This document shows, piece after piece, positions 1 through 16,500 of a stretch of DNA of 64,000 nt. Both the position numbers and the translations under genes were made by a program. Each line of letters starts with the position of its first letter. The first letter of the stretch is position 1. Below the pieces are notes generated by a model, which searched no databases, was not told the DNA's origin, and worked only from the letters and a program-made list of their open reading frames with translations. The DNA is taken from NCBI RefSeq assembly GCF_009914755.1, contig NC_060925.1. One strand, 5' to 3'. This DNA is from the human T2T-CHM13v2.0 reference genome, Homo sapiens.

Positions 1-25
1 TTTTCTTGAGCTACATCTATTCTGA

Positions 26-359
<334 letters not shown>

Positions 360-375
360 TACTTCAATTAATTTT

Positions 376-790
376 TTAATTTCAATTATTATTTTAGCTC
401 TGAAAGTTCATACTAGTAGTTTCACAAATTTGCTTCATCAGTTTTGATAAGCTTTCATTTTTCTCATGTTTTCAACTCTGTTCTTTATGTATTTAGATAT
501 GTTAAAAATAACATTTTATATTTTCTTCAATAATTCTAACATGTGCAAGCCTTTCAAGAATGATTTTGCTGATTTTTTTTTTTCTGTTGACTCACTTGCA
601 TTGTATTTTGTTTCCTAATGTTTTCAGTGATTTTTTACTTTGGACTTACTTTTCTTTGACTTTATTCTTTGACTTACTTTTTCTTGGACTTTTGAAAAAT
701 CTTTGAGGCCTTCCTATGCTTGAATTGCAATGCACCAGAGATGACTTGTGTTTGTTTTAGTCAGATGCCTAGCAGCACTAGAAATTCTGA
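376..790 (-). mobile_element. Old L1M fragment
   Basis: T-rich degenerate sequence resembling antisense L1. Boundaries approximate. Confidence 0.45.
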
Positions 791-1989
791 ACATATCTCA
801 TGAAAATCTCAAATTCAGTTCAGGGTCCCAATAGGTAGTGTAAACAATGGCCCTGGTCCTCTAACTTCCTAAGGCTTTTTCTAAGTCAGATTTTTCCTCC
901 TGTAAAGCCATGGCTGGAAAAGGAAAATTATTTTCTGTAGCATGCTTTTTAGTTCCCTTGCTTGCCTTTATTTTTATTTATTCATTTTTTAATTTTTAAC
1001 AAACTCAAATAGGAAGGAGGTACGATCCTTTGCTGTCTCAGTGTTACACCAGGGATCTCTAATTTGAGCTTCCACCTTGTTTAAGTCAGGTGGTTTATCT
1101 CCTCTCTCACACTTAAGCAACCCTTAACACTCAGGTACCAGAACACTCTGGATTTCCAAATGCACTCAGGATATTCGCTGGGCAGATCCTAACCTCTGTA
1201 GTGTTGTCTTGTACTGTATTCTTTACCTCTGATTCCTTCTCTTATTTTAAATTTAGCTCAACCATGGATTTTAAGACATTTTTAAATAAATATTTTTTCT
1301 AATGTTTTAAATATTAGTAGATGTTTCCTTAAATGTTGCCTATATACCCAGAAGCTAAACTTCAAGCTAACTCTGTTAGCCACACTGCACACTATATTTC
1401 TTGAATAGATGAAATACTTGTTGTGTGATTCAGTACGTTGTCAGTCATAAGATGGGGATATTTAGGGAGGCATCAAAAAAAGTCTAACTTACAGAAACCA
1501 TGTTAAAGGAGTCAACAATCAAAAAAGAACATAGAAAAGCATTCCAACCTCTGGGCTCCATAAATTCTCAGCTGGACAAATAACCCAGCTACACTGAAAC
1601 TTTTCCCTTCATCATTCAGTCACATTGACTCTCCTAGTAACTCCTGATCACACCTTGTCCAAGTCTTGTTATGAATTTCTGCCAATCCAAAATTCTAAAA
1701 TACTTCTACTTTTCGCCTGTAGCACTTTTGCTCATCCATAAAAAAATCTGCTCTTAAATCAGATTTTCTTCGAAGTTTGCTTATATTCTTCTAACAAACG
1801 AGTTTGTTGCTACAACCTCTGGGCTTCAACATGATTACTTTTACATATTTATTAAAGCATTTATTTTCCATTAAATTATAAGTAATTTTGTCAATTGGGA
1901 AATTTTCATTGGGATTGATTGGAGTCATGTTTGGTATCTTCGTTACAGGTGTCATATTCTTATCTCTTTCTTTTGTGCCTTAGAATTTT

Positions 1990-2950
1990 TTATATTATGT
2001 CTTTTAAAATTAAAAATAGTATACAAATCGTGGGTGTACAGCTTAGTCAATTAAAACAAGGTGAATCCATCAACATGCCCATTTTTAAATGAAGAATTAG
2101 AACATACCAGTGACTACTCTTTAGTCCTCTCCAGTTTCTGCTGCTCCCATCCCTGAAAGGTAGCCACTATTTTGAAACTTGATATGCATTAATTCATTCA
2201 GTATTTATTCTTCTATATGTCATTCAGTATATAAATTTCTGGCTGCTTTTGCTCTACACTGTGATTCTGAGATTCATCCACGTTGATTCATGTGTCGATA
2301 TGTCTGTATTCTCATTTCTATATAGCATGTCTTCCTATTTTGGAATGTACTGCATTTTATGAATCTATTCAATGTTTATGGACATTTAGGCCATTTTTAT
2401 TTAGGGACTGTTATGGGTTGAGCTGTATACCTTCAAGTTTTATATGGTAAAGTCTTAACCCCCAGTACTTCAGAATGTGACTTTATTTGGAAATGAGCTC
2501 TTTATAGAGCTAATCAAGCTGAACTAAGGTCATTAACACGGGCTATCCAACAGGCATCTATACAAGTAGAATGCTATGTAAAGATGAAACAAACCAGAAG
2601 CTAGTGGGGAGGCACGGAACAGATTCTTCCTCACAGACCTCAGAAAGAACCAGCCCTGCTGACACCTTGCTGTCAGACTCCAGCCTCCGAAACTGTGAGA
2701 CAATAGGTTTCTGTTGTTTAAGTCATCCAGTCTGTGGTACTTTGTTACCACAGCCCAAGCAAGCTAATACAGAGACTATGAAGATACAGCTGCTATAAAC
2801 ATTGTTGCTCATAATTTTTATTGAACATATGTATGCTTTTCTATTGAATATATGCCTAGGAATGTGGGTCATATGATATATGTTCATTTTGCCTTGGTAG
2901 ATATTTCCATATAGTTTCCGTGGTGGTTATATCAATTTACACTCTCACGA
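1990..2950 (-). mobile_element. L1ME/L1MC 3' end, interrupted by an MLT1 LTR
   Basis: Antisense L1 3' motifs (gagattcatccacgttg, tatgcctaggaatg, atcaatttacactctcac). Confidence 0.7.
2409..2771 (+). mobile_element. MLT1A/B solo LTR (MaLR)
   Basis: Starts tgttatgggttg, contains cagaatgtgactttatttggaaat, ends gctaataca. TSD gggac/gagac. Confidence 0.85.
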
Positions 2951-5196
2951 AAATCACCAAAGAATTTAACATGAAGGAAATGGCCGTTTTATAGGTTTTC
3001 CAAAACTTATTTGGTCAAAATTGGATCACAAAGCTAGGAAGGTTTATTCAAGCTACTTACATGAAGAATCACATTAGAGAGAGTTTGCTGGTTGGTATAG
3101 ATCCCTGATTCTGTAGATTAATCAATGCAGTTTAAATGTGGACAGCACAGAAGTGCTATGCCAATCTTAAGAGATTCAACAAGTTTCCATAGATCATACA
3201 AGGATACGTTTACCAAAAAAATCTTTAATCACTGACCTGTCTGATAGAGGTGGTTCTTCCTTACATTCAAAGACAATATTGAATGTGGTGTCATGGAATA
3301 AGATCTTTAGTGTAGCTTTCTAGATAATTTTGTGCTCAGAATAAGAACTCGTCTCCACCTCAGCCCCCATGTCTTATAGAGAGATACACCATCCTAGCAC
3401 CTCTTTGCAGGAAGGAGGAAATTATGCCTAAATTCCTAAACCTCTACATTCTGTTGGCTCATCTCTTCCCAAAAAGTGTTCTCAGAAATAATGGCAGAAT
3501 TAGAGCTGGAAAGGATCTTGCCCAAAATGAAAGCAGTCAGGGCAGGCACTCTCCTTTATCCCTAAATGTTTCACGTTATAACAACTTGGAATTTCACATG
3601 AAGTAGTCTTATCTTGGAGCCTATAGGATACATTTTTGTTATTGAACTGGCCAATGCGTATTATCTTTAAAAAATGAATTCTTATTGCTTTAAAATAAAC
3701 TTCCTGAGGGATCATACTAAACTCTTATATTCAAAAAATATCCACCCAGAAGGAATTTATGATAGAAGAGAGAACATATTTTTTGAAACAGAGCTTTGTA
3801 CTCTATTAACTTCATTTCCTTGTGCTCAAATAAGTACATGTCTTCCTATTGTATTATTTATAACTATTTTCCAGTCCTGTCTTGTTCAGTCTGTGCCACA
3901 CTGAAACACCTAATGAAACTAAATTTTAAAGAGCCATGTTCCACAATTAGAGGTATCAGCTATAAACCATGACTACAGCCAAGAAAAGAGAAATGTTCTA
4001 CTTTCACTATGCCATCACCTTTAAATTTAGTCACTTTAAAATATCAATAATGTGCATTCTTGCCCACGTGCAGGCAACTGTTCCTATTAAACCACAAAAC
4101 TCCAAAGACCTAATTAAATCAATAATAGCTTTTTCTACTGTGTAGCCTCTGAGTGACAGTTTAATAAGGAGTGCTTTAGCGATTCTATAAATCAGAATGA
4201 TACTTCATCCTAACAAGATCCACACAGCCCTTTCTAGAAACTTTCTCAGAAAACTTATTGCTTAGATGATTTCATGATTCCCCACTTATGTAAGGAAATA
4301 CACTTTTGCAACTCTCTGCTCTTGGTAAGTGTTAAAAAATGACACTTTCAGAACAAGATTCTTTTCATTTTATTTATGAGAATAATGTTGCTGTGAAAAA
4401 GATGACATTTTAAGAATTGTTGGAAAAGAATGATGCATTTAACTATAAATTGAGTCCAGGAATTTGAATGGCTTCAACAACCGTTATTAGTGCAGACCAT
4501 TCACATTACCTATGATTTCATGTACCCTGTTTACTCTGTTTCTTCTAACTTTGTTCCTTCACCTGCTATTCTAAGTCATGGGAATAGCTCTTTCAGGCCT
4601 TTAAAATGTAAAGCTATAATTTCTGAGACAGAGAGAGGATAAAGTACCACAATAAATTTCTCAATAATTTTCCAGTGAGAAGTATTAAAATGTATGGTTA
4701 TTGGACTCTTTTTTAGATTTTTATTTTGTCCTTCAGGGTGAACAGTTTACATGTGTCTCAAAGGCAATCTTATGTTTGGGAGCTCCTTTGGCCTAGTTGT
4801 AAATCATTTGGTTTGCTTTAGAGGTAGCATTATCTTAGGAGAGAGTGAGAAAATGGATTGAAAAATGTCCTGTGTTTTACTGAAGTAAGAGAAGCTCATC
4901 AGTCTAATGTTTAAAAGTTCTGTCAGACGCATCCAACTACTTTATGAATATTTATGTGCCATTCATTTCCTATACATTTTATTTAGAATTGTCATCAATA
5001 TTCAGTTGAAAAACTCTGCCTTACGAATGGAATTAACTCACGTAATAGTAGTTTACTGATCACCTGCTGTAACCAGGACACTGTACTAGGCATTATAATT
5101 CAAACTTAATTACTTCAAGTAACCTTACATTTTAAGAATAAAAGCTACAAGTACAGCTTTTTATACCACCTAGAAGTTTATAGGCACATTATAAGT

Positions 5197-5742
5197 TGAT
5201 TAACCTAACACCATATTTAGACAGAGAACACCAGCTCCTGACATCCAGAGGCTGGCCTGGCACTGACAGGGAGGTCTTAGAGACAGCTGTTGAACGTCAA
5301 CGTCAGACAAGGCCACTTTGAGACCTTGATGAATTGAGACAAAAACCACAATCACTCTGTAATCATGTCTGAACACAGACAAGATAAAAACTTTGTCCAA
5401 GCCACAAAAATGACCAAATATCACCCTATCCTGGATAGCGTGAGTGACTAGCTACCCTTTTACCACTACAGCTTAGCCTTGGTCTGTACTTCCCATGTTC
5501 TACATAGCATTTATAACATACCCAGTCATAAAATTACCCGTACATCCGGACAGCATCCAATGCAGAACAAATCTCCACTGTTTTAAACCCTACCCCACAT
5601 CTGCTGAAACAAGCTTAAATCCTACAAGTCATTTTCAACATTGTTTTAACCACGTGTGCCTTCTCCCTCCCTGAAATGACTAATAAACACAACTCAATTA
5701 CAGGTGGTATCTCTGGTGGGTTTTTTTACTAAAAGTTATTGA
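5197..5742 (+). mobile_element. ERVL-class solo LTR (LTR47-like)
   Basis: Motifs cagacaaggccact and aatcatgtctgaacacagacaa; aataaa near the 3' end. Confidence 0.55.
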
Positions 5743-5771
5743 AAATAAAACATAACAAAAAGAGCTAATTC

Positions 5772-5873
5772 TGTATTTCCTCAAAGCTGAGATGCTATAC
5801 ATTGTAAGACACATTCTGATTTCACAGGTATTGATTTATAAAATGTGTGCATCTTAGAATTGATGAAACACTG
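5772..5873. mobile_element. MER104-like TcMar DNA transposon relic
   Basis: gtgcatcttagaattgatgaaa resembles the MER104 terminus. Confidence 0.4.
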
Positions 5874-5973
5874 AATTCATTTTTTAATTACATTTACTTG
5901 GAGTTAGGGATACATTTAGCAAAAACACTAAACTTAAAAGTTGACAGGCATCTTTTATTTTTTATGCAAGGCT

Positions 5974-6031
5974 CTCCCTTGTAAGGGTTCTTAAAATGTT
6001 CACTCCCTTTTAAGGGTTGCTAAAATGTCCT
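5974..6031. repeat. 29-bp tandem duplication, 2 copies
   Basis: ctcccttgtaagggttcttaaaatgttca versus ctcccttttaagggttgctaaaatgtcct. Confidence 0.85.
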
Positions 6032-6139
6032 CCAAGGAAAATGAATCTGTATATCGTACAAAGTAGGATCTCAGTACTTTTTTTTTTCAGCTAAGGACTA
6101 AGTAAATATGTTATGGATTTAAAAAATACTCTGGATCTG

Positions 6140-6312
6140 AAATTGGTCAATCTGTCCCACTCGTAAATAAAGTTTTATTGGAACACAGCCACATCCACCA
6201 TTCATTTATATATTTTCAATGACAGAGTTTATTCATTGTAACAGAGGTTATATGGCCAGCAAAGCTTAAAATATTTGCTATTTTGCTTCAAAAGTTTGCC
6301 GGCCCATCTCTT
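6140..6312. mobile_element. MER58A (hAT-Charlie)
   Basis: gtaaataaagttttattggaacacagccac ... aaagcttaaaatatttgct. Confidence 0.75.
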
Positions 6313-6439
6313 AGATAGGCAGAGTGAAATTAGAGCAATTACCTGAAATGAGCATATGAACACATTCCAGCTTATAACACTTGTAAAATACATTACCGTT
6401 TCCATGTAAGATATAATTAGAACATAATAAACAAAATAC

Positions 6440-6590
6440 TGTGACTCAATGTCCTCACTTATAAAATCAGCATTATAATCTTAGTACTTATGTCATAGAG
6501 TTCTTACAAGGATTAGGTATACTAATATATCCAAAGTGCTTAGAACAGTGCTAGCATATAATAAGTGCTAATATATGCATCTTCTACTTT
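6440..6590 (+). mobile_element. MIR SINE
   Basis: Core motif aaagtgcttagaacagtgct...taagtgct. Confidence 0.7.
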
Positions 6591-7479
6591 TGTAGTTGCT
6601 GATAATTACTAACAAAACCAGTAGCTACCCCCAGGCTTCTTAGCATTAAAGTTCATTTCTGAAAAATTAAAAAAAAAATAGTGAGCAGGATAATAGCTAA
6701 ATAATGGCAAAGTTAATCTATATTCTATCATGGGCCAAAAATGGCCCAGAATATATTTTTAAAAAGACAGAGAGAAAGAGAAGGAAAAAAAGAGGATTGC
6801 TTGAAATGCAATGGCAATTATTCTATTGAAAAACTGGGAAATGATTAATAAAACTGTTTAGAAGCAACCACACACAAGATAGCTTGTTTAGAGTCTTCCA
6901 TCCTTGGATTATGAACAGACGTGAACACAATAGCGTTTCGAAACACCCACACACTGGATAAAGAGGAGAAATTTAAATACAGCTACAAGTCTGTCTCCTG
7001 CAAAAATATTGGAGTGGTAATTAGTCTGTCCTCAGACTGGGATTATATTTCTATGTCTTCCATTCTTACTTTATGGTAATTCTTAGAGGAGAAAACCCAC
7101 AAGTTTTAGGTAAATCAACTGGGCAGACAAAAAAATGTATACATTAAAATACAATGAAAAAAATTCAGAGTAACTTCCTGTTATTAGCTATTTTGCCTGC
7201 TATTTTATTAGCAGGCAAAAATCAAATAAAACTCTCTTTAAAACATAAATAATTTTTACAAATATTTTAAAGATTATTTATTAAGATTATATTCTATATC
7301 AACTGAATGCAACATAATATTTAGTTAGTTATTATATGTCATGAGTTGAGTTTAGAAATTCTATTTTTGTGGAGTAGGTGCTTCACAACCTCAAAGCACA
7401 AAATTAGAAATTTAAAAGAGACTGATAAATAAGTTAGATATGTTATATATTTGACATGTTTTATTACTGTTATTAATGA

Positions 7480-7790
<311 letters not shown>

Positions 7791-9718
7791 TGTTTATTAA
7801 GTGTTAGGTATGATATTCTTGGTTATTTTCATTCTTTAGAAAGTCATATCAATGTGTGGATATAAACTGAGAGCACCACAGAAGGTAAGGAATTTGCTCA
7901 AGGCATGACTGAATCTAGTTCTGAGTCATAAATACACGTGCTCTACCAGTATAGTATAGAATTGTCCATGCAATTAAAGTTTGAGAGACTTGCTATTGTG
8001 ACCACAGTTCAAGGTAATACATTCTAAATGGCACAGTCAAGATTTCCTTTTGAAATCTAATGTGCTAAAATGCCAAAATCTATGTCTCTATAAAAATGTA
8101 CTTTCTGAAGAAAATTATTATAACAGGTAATATATAACAGGTAAAATACCTGTGTTTTTTCACAACAGGTAAAGCCAGTTGCAGGAAAGGGAAATGATTT
8201 CAAAATTTAGCCAGCACGAAGTCCATATATGCTTTGTGTTTTACGGGTTCAAAGAAGTAGCAACATACACATTTAATTAGGAAAAGAGTCTGTGTTCAGA
8301 AATTTTGAGGAAATAAAGAGACATTGTTCAAAATAAGAGGAGGAAATAAGGTATTATTAAATAATTTCACTTTGCCCTGATTACATGGTTTATCCAAGAC
8401 AAATTCATTAAGTATGTATTTCACTGCCATTGTGAAGAAAATAGTATAAATTTCAACTCCACTTAACAAATATTGACAGTTTGGGTTAGGCTAACAGGAA
8501 AAAAGTACTATTAATATTACTCAGAGAGTTAATTTAAGTCAATACTTTATTATAAGTATGACTTTACCAGATGTGGTCACATTCCAAATCAATCCTGTTT
8601 GTTTATGAGTAGAAATACAGAAAGAATCATTTACAATATAGAAATATAAAAGGCCTCTAATGTAGTTTTATTATCAAAAATACTAAGTAACATCATAAAG
8701 TCCTATTAACCTGAAAGTTTTTTTGGAAATTTATGGGAGTGTTAAACAATCCCTTAATAATTAACGGGATTGATTTTTCTTCAAAAAAGGTAATATTTTG
8801 CTAAATATGTTTTTATTACTACAGCAGGGTGAGGAAATATTATAATGGGTATTCAGTAAATTCCCTTTTCCTTAAGTGAGATATATATTGTTTCCATATT
8901 CATGAAGAGAGTCTTGAGATCAATTGAGTGCCATCTTTCTCTATTTCTCTTAACAAGAATGCATATAAAACACATGGTCAAACAAAGTTTTAGAACCTAA
9001 AACTCAGATAACAAAAACATAGTGTTATTTACTTGAGGGGGAAAAGGGATATAGAAACAGATTTCTAATGCAATGAGTCAGGGGAGGATTCAAAGAGCAA
9101 TGCTTCCTTTATTGGCCTGTCATAGTTGATGAAAATATTTGCTCTAGAGAAACTTTTACATATTCTCTTTACCAGTAAGTGAAACCAGCTCTATGTTTAG
9201 AATATTACTATCTAAGAGTTCGTTTCACTTAATATTCTTATATCATTTTTGAGTTTGACTTCATTGTGGTCATGTAAATTAAGCCTTTAGTAAGGTACAT
9301 AAGAAGTAGAGAATAACCTAAGACTACAATTTTATACACTGTAGCTGAATTGAATTTTGGATGCAAAGATATAATCAATGAATGAAAAGTAATAATGGCC
9401 TTTTTACTTTATTTCTAAGAAGATTTTAATATTCAGCAGACCATCAGAACTCTATAAAGTAGAATAAATTCAGTGTAATTTATTCAGTTACATATTATAA
9501 AGTTATGAAATTTATACATCAGTAGGCTTCACATACGTTTCTTGTCACTTTGTACTTTTTTAATAAAGTGGCATTGATCAAGTATATAATATATAAAAAG
9601 ACTTAGCCATAGATAAAGATATTAAGAAGACATTTTAAGAAAGAGATATCTCTACGTATGTTTATATGGAACGACTTTTAAATTATGTTATTTAATGGGA
9701 AAAATGGTGTACAGTGTT

Positions 9719-12600
<2,882 letters not shown>

Positions 12601-12682
12601 TGCTTTGTATGTAAATACATGATTTAATATGTAGAACATTTCTAAAATAAACACAATAAATGGGAAAGAGTGGATATCTTTA

Positions 12683-12817
12683 GGGAGGCTGAGGCAGGAG
12701 AATGGCATGAACCCAGGAGGCGGAGCTTACAGTGAGCCGAGATAGCGCCACTACAGTCCGGCCTGGGCAAAAGAGTGAGACTCCGTCTCTAAAAAAAAAA
12801 AAAAAAAAAAAAAAAAA
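12683..12817 (+). mobile_element. 5'-truncated AluY (right arm only)
   Basis: ggagaatggcatgaacc...ggagctt, long A tail. TSD gagtggata(t/c)cttta at 12668 and 12819. Confidence 0.93.
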
Positions 12818-13436
12818 CGAGTGGATACCTTTAAAAAGAGAACAAAGACTTCTGAGATTAAGAGAAGTCTCACTTTTCTTTGTATATCCTTTGTAATTTC
12901 TGAAATAGTTTTCAGGTTTTTTATGTTACTAAAAATCATAATTATTTTTAAGAAAATAGGTCAGCTTTGTACTTATTTAAATATCAGTTAGGGATTTATT
13001 ATATATAAAACCTACCCTATCATTTCTCTCTATCTGAGCTAAATGAAACAGCTTGAAAGCTAATATAGATAATTTTTAGTGTAAGAAATTCAAATGTGAG
13101 AGTAATCAAGAACAGTGAACACCTTGGTTCAATCGATAGTAAGTGTTTTTGGAGTCAATAAATCAAATCTGTGGTTATTTCTGTGTCTTTTCTTTGTATC
13201 AAGAAAAGACATCTTAATGTGTTAAGTTCTCAGTAAAGGTTTAAGTGGCAGGTAGCAGAGCTTTTATGTTCTTGCTACAGCTTAGTACGTATAATATGAA
13301 AAAATTATCTGCATTTTGCCTCATAAGTTTATTAACAATTTGTTTACATCATAGTACAATTTTAAAATCTGACATAAAGTTAGCTGTGTGATATTTCTTT
13401 CTTCTTACACACATAATACACAAGAGTTAGATAGTT

Positions 13437-13811
13437 GCTGGCTATGGTTTGAATGTGTCCTCCAAAAAAGGATGTGTTGGAAACTGAATCCCCAAAGTAA
13501 TAGTCTTAGGAGGTGGGGCCTAATGAGAGGTGATTAGGTCATGAAGATGGAGTAAAGGGTTTAACACTGTTATCACACAATTAGGCTGGAAATAAAAGGG
13601 AGAGGTTGACATTTTTTTGTTGCCTCTCTCGCACTCTCTCTGCCCTTCCAATCTCCACCAAAGGATGACACAGCAAGAAGACCTGGGCAAGATGCCGGTC
13701 TCTTGATCTTGAACTTCCCAGCCTCCAGAAACATAAGCCAATACATTTCTGATCATTAAAAATTACTCCATCTCAGGTATTCTGTTGTAGCAGCACAAAC
13801 AGACTAAGACA
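13437..13811 (+). mobile_element. MST-family solo LTR (MSTC/D-like)
   Basis: gctatggtttgaatgtgtcc ... gactaagaca. Confidence 0.85.
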
Positions 13812-13829
13812 TCTCCTATTATTTATTTC

Positions 13830-14080
13830 ATTGTAAAAACATATTAATTATGTGTTATGTGCCAGGCATCAATGAGGAACAGGAGAGTTTCTACTCACAG
13901 GATACTTTTATTCTAATAAAAGAAACGTAAATAAACCTCCAAGAATGGGTCAGTGTGGCAAATATTACGATAGATATGTGCGTAGAGATGCTAATGGAGA
14001 AAACAAAGAGGCACCCTATGTGAGTCTATGAGACGAGAGACATGGGAAGCTTTGCAGAAGAAGCTGATGCAAGCTAAGGT
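13830..14080. mobile_element. L2 fragment
   Basis: ttatgtgccaggcatc motif followed by a purine-rich L2-like body. Confidence 0.55.
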
Positions 14081-14420
14081 TTTCTATCGCCTTGCATGAC
14101 TAGTAAAATTTCAAATTTGACTTTCATTTTGTCTGTAATTTTATTCTGAACCCTTCTCTATGTTTTGCTTTTATTTTTTTCTTTTACCTGATAATCCTAC
14201 TATTTTTCAACAACACAACAAGCTTGTTGGCATAGCTATCCGATTTTGCCAGCAGCACCTCCTGAAAAGACCGGCCATCTCATAGGAGGCTGGTGATGCT
14301 AAGCCACAAAATAGAAGAGGAGTGTTGGAGAGGGGAATAAAGGAGCTATGCCAAAGGATCTAAAAGAATGTCAGAGAGTTGGCATGGGCGGATTTACAGG
14401 AGCAGCACAGCAGGACTTAC

Positions 14421-14430
14421 TCACAGTGGA
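14421..14430 (-). other. Candidate 6-nt or 10-nt microexon
   Basis: Minus strand reads ttttttctttctttccaccatctgctccag|TCCACT|gtgagt, with an overlapping donor TCCACTGTGA|gtaagt. Confidence 0.25.
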
Positions 14431-15061
14431 CTGGAGCAGATGGTGGAAAGAAAGAAAAAAATATATATATATATATTCACACATATATTTAAAAGCTGTG
14501 GAGAACAGCCCAATAAGATTGAGTAGGCTGACAATTAACATACCATATTATCTATTATTTTTAGTTTTCAGATTCCTTTTTATTTCACTCAGGGAGTGCT
14601 CCTATGAATACCACATATTTTGAAAAGTGGGATTTAGGGAAGAGCGGGTGAGTTTAGGAGAGATCAGAGTGACTCAGTGGAAAATGAGCACAGATGCTAT
14701 GGCAGACTGCCATCCTGTCCTCCTAGGAGTGCACACAGACTGCCTAATGAAATTTTCTTGGGGGCTTGCAGTTGCTCCGGAGCTCAGCCCTGTGGACTCT
14801 ACAGTAAGGCACATCAACTGCCTCCCAAACTGTCTCTGTCTCTGGGCACAAGAGCAATCACTGCTCGAGTTGAGACATCTGTGGAAATCTTCACTGGTTT
14901 CTGTGGACTTTAGCATGAACAGAATTATTTCATGATCCTTCCTTTCTATGTGAAAAAGAGATCATTCTTAAAAATGAAATTGTTTAAAGCAAGAAATGGA
15001 ACACTTACTCTTAGCTAGGAGTGAAACCTTGCACAACTCAGTAGTCCAATATCTTCTTGTT

Positions 15062-15221
15062 AGTCCAGTGCCTTATGCAATGTAAGACATTGGGTAGTAT
15101 GGGAGAAGAGGGAAGAGTCCAGTGCCTTATGCAATGTAAACATTGGGTAGTATGGAAGAAGAGGGAAGAGTCCGGTGCCTTATGCAATGTAAGACATTGG
15201 GTAGTATGGGAGAAGAGGGAA
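15062..15221. repeat. 54-bp minisatellite, 3 copies
   Basis: Unit agtccagtgccttatgcaatgtaagacattgggtagtatgggagaagagggaag starts at 15062, 15116 and 15169. Confidence 0.95.
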
Positions 15222-15989
15222 CACACAGACCATTTATGGGAAAGATGTATTACTCACTCAAAACTAGTTGTCTAATGGGAACAGAAATAGTAAATACATG
15301 AAACTAATGAATGGGACTTTGGGAAGTATTTTTGAATTTCAGTCTATGTACCTTTGGTCATTCTTCTGTTTGAATTAACCTCTCCCCAGCCCCACTGGCC
15401 CTCAAAAATATGCAAATTAGCTTAATAAAATTAAAAGACCTTATGGAAATAAAAAACCATTTAAATTATTTAATTATATGGAAGGTTGAAAGACCTTGTC
15501 ACCAACACATAGTCAGACTTTGGTTCAAATGACAGTCAAGACATGGTCATGTGGTGCAGATTGTTTTTGTTTTTGTTTGGTTTCGGGTTTTAGTTTAATA
15601 TTTCTTATTTTCCTTTGCCAGGAAGAGAGTCAATTTTCTCAAATTCTTACATGGTACAGAATCAGGTAGACTAGTGGGAATTAGTGAAGCCATTCAAACT
15701 AGATTTTTTTTTCTGTGCATCCCATATATGCCCAAACTAGCTTCACAGAAAGATGCTTGACATGATATACATATGATAAAGGCAATCATTGTCTGGGTCA
15801 CTAGCAAGCCAAAATGACAGTAGAGTGAAGTCCAGAGGTAAAGGTGGGGCATGGCCATAGTAACAGGTAGAATAAATACCCATGAAATTTCTTTGAATTA
15901 TTCATTTGCTTCTCAAGCTGTCATGCAAATTTTACATTTTATTCCACAGCTACTAATAAGGATAACAATTTTAACTTGACATTTGCTGA

Positions 15990-16337
<348 letters not shown>

Positions 16338-16339
16338 TA

Positions 16340-16500
16340 TTTATGATTTATTTTAAACCTTTCAAAAACTCTTTGAGGTAACGTGATCAATATCTTTATA
16401 TTACAGATGGGGGGAAGAAACAAGAGGCTCAAAAACTGCACAACCCTATGCCTAGTGACTAAAAGCTTTAAAATTAAAATTCAATTCCAAAGCCATACCT
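16340..16500 (-). mobile_element. MIR fragment
   Basis: ttacagatg...gaggctcaaaaac motif. Confidence 0.5.

Noticed and set aside
15062-15221. CRISPR-like array, and ORFs 15038 and 15057
   Set aside because: The units are contiguous with no unique spacers, the context is eukaryotic, and the ORFs simply follow the repeat period.
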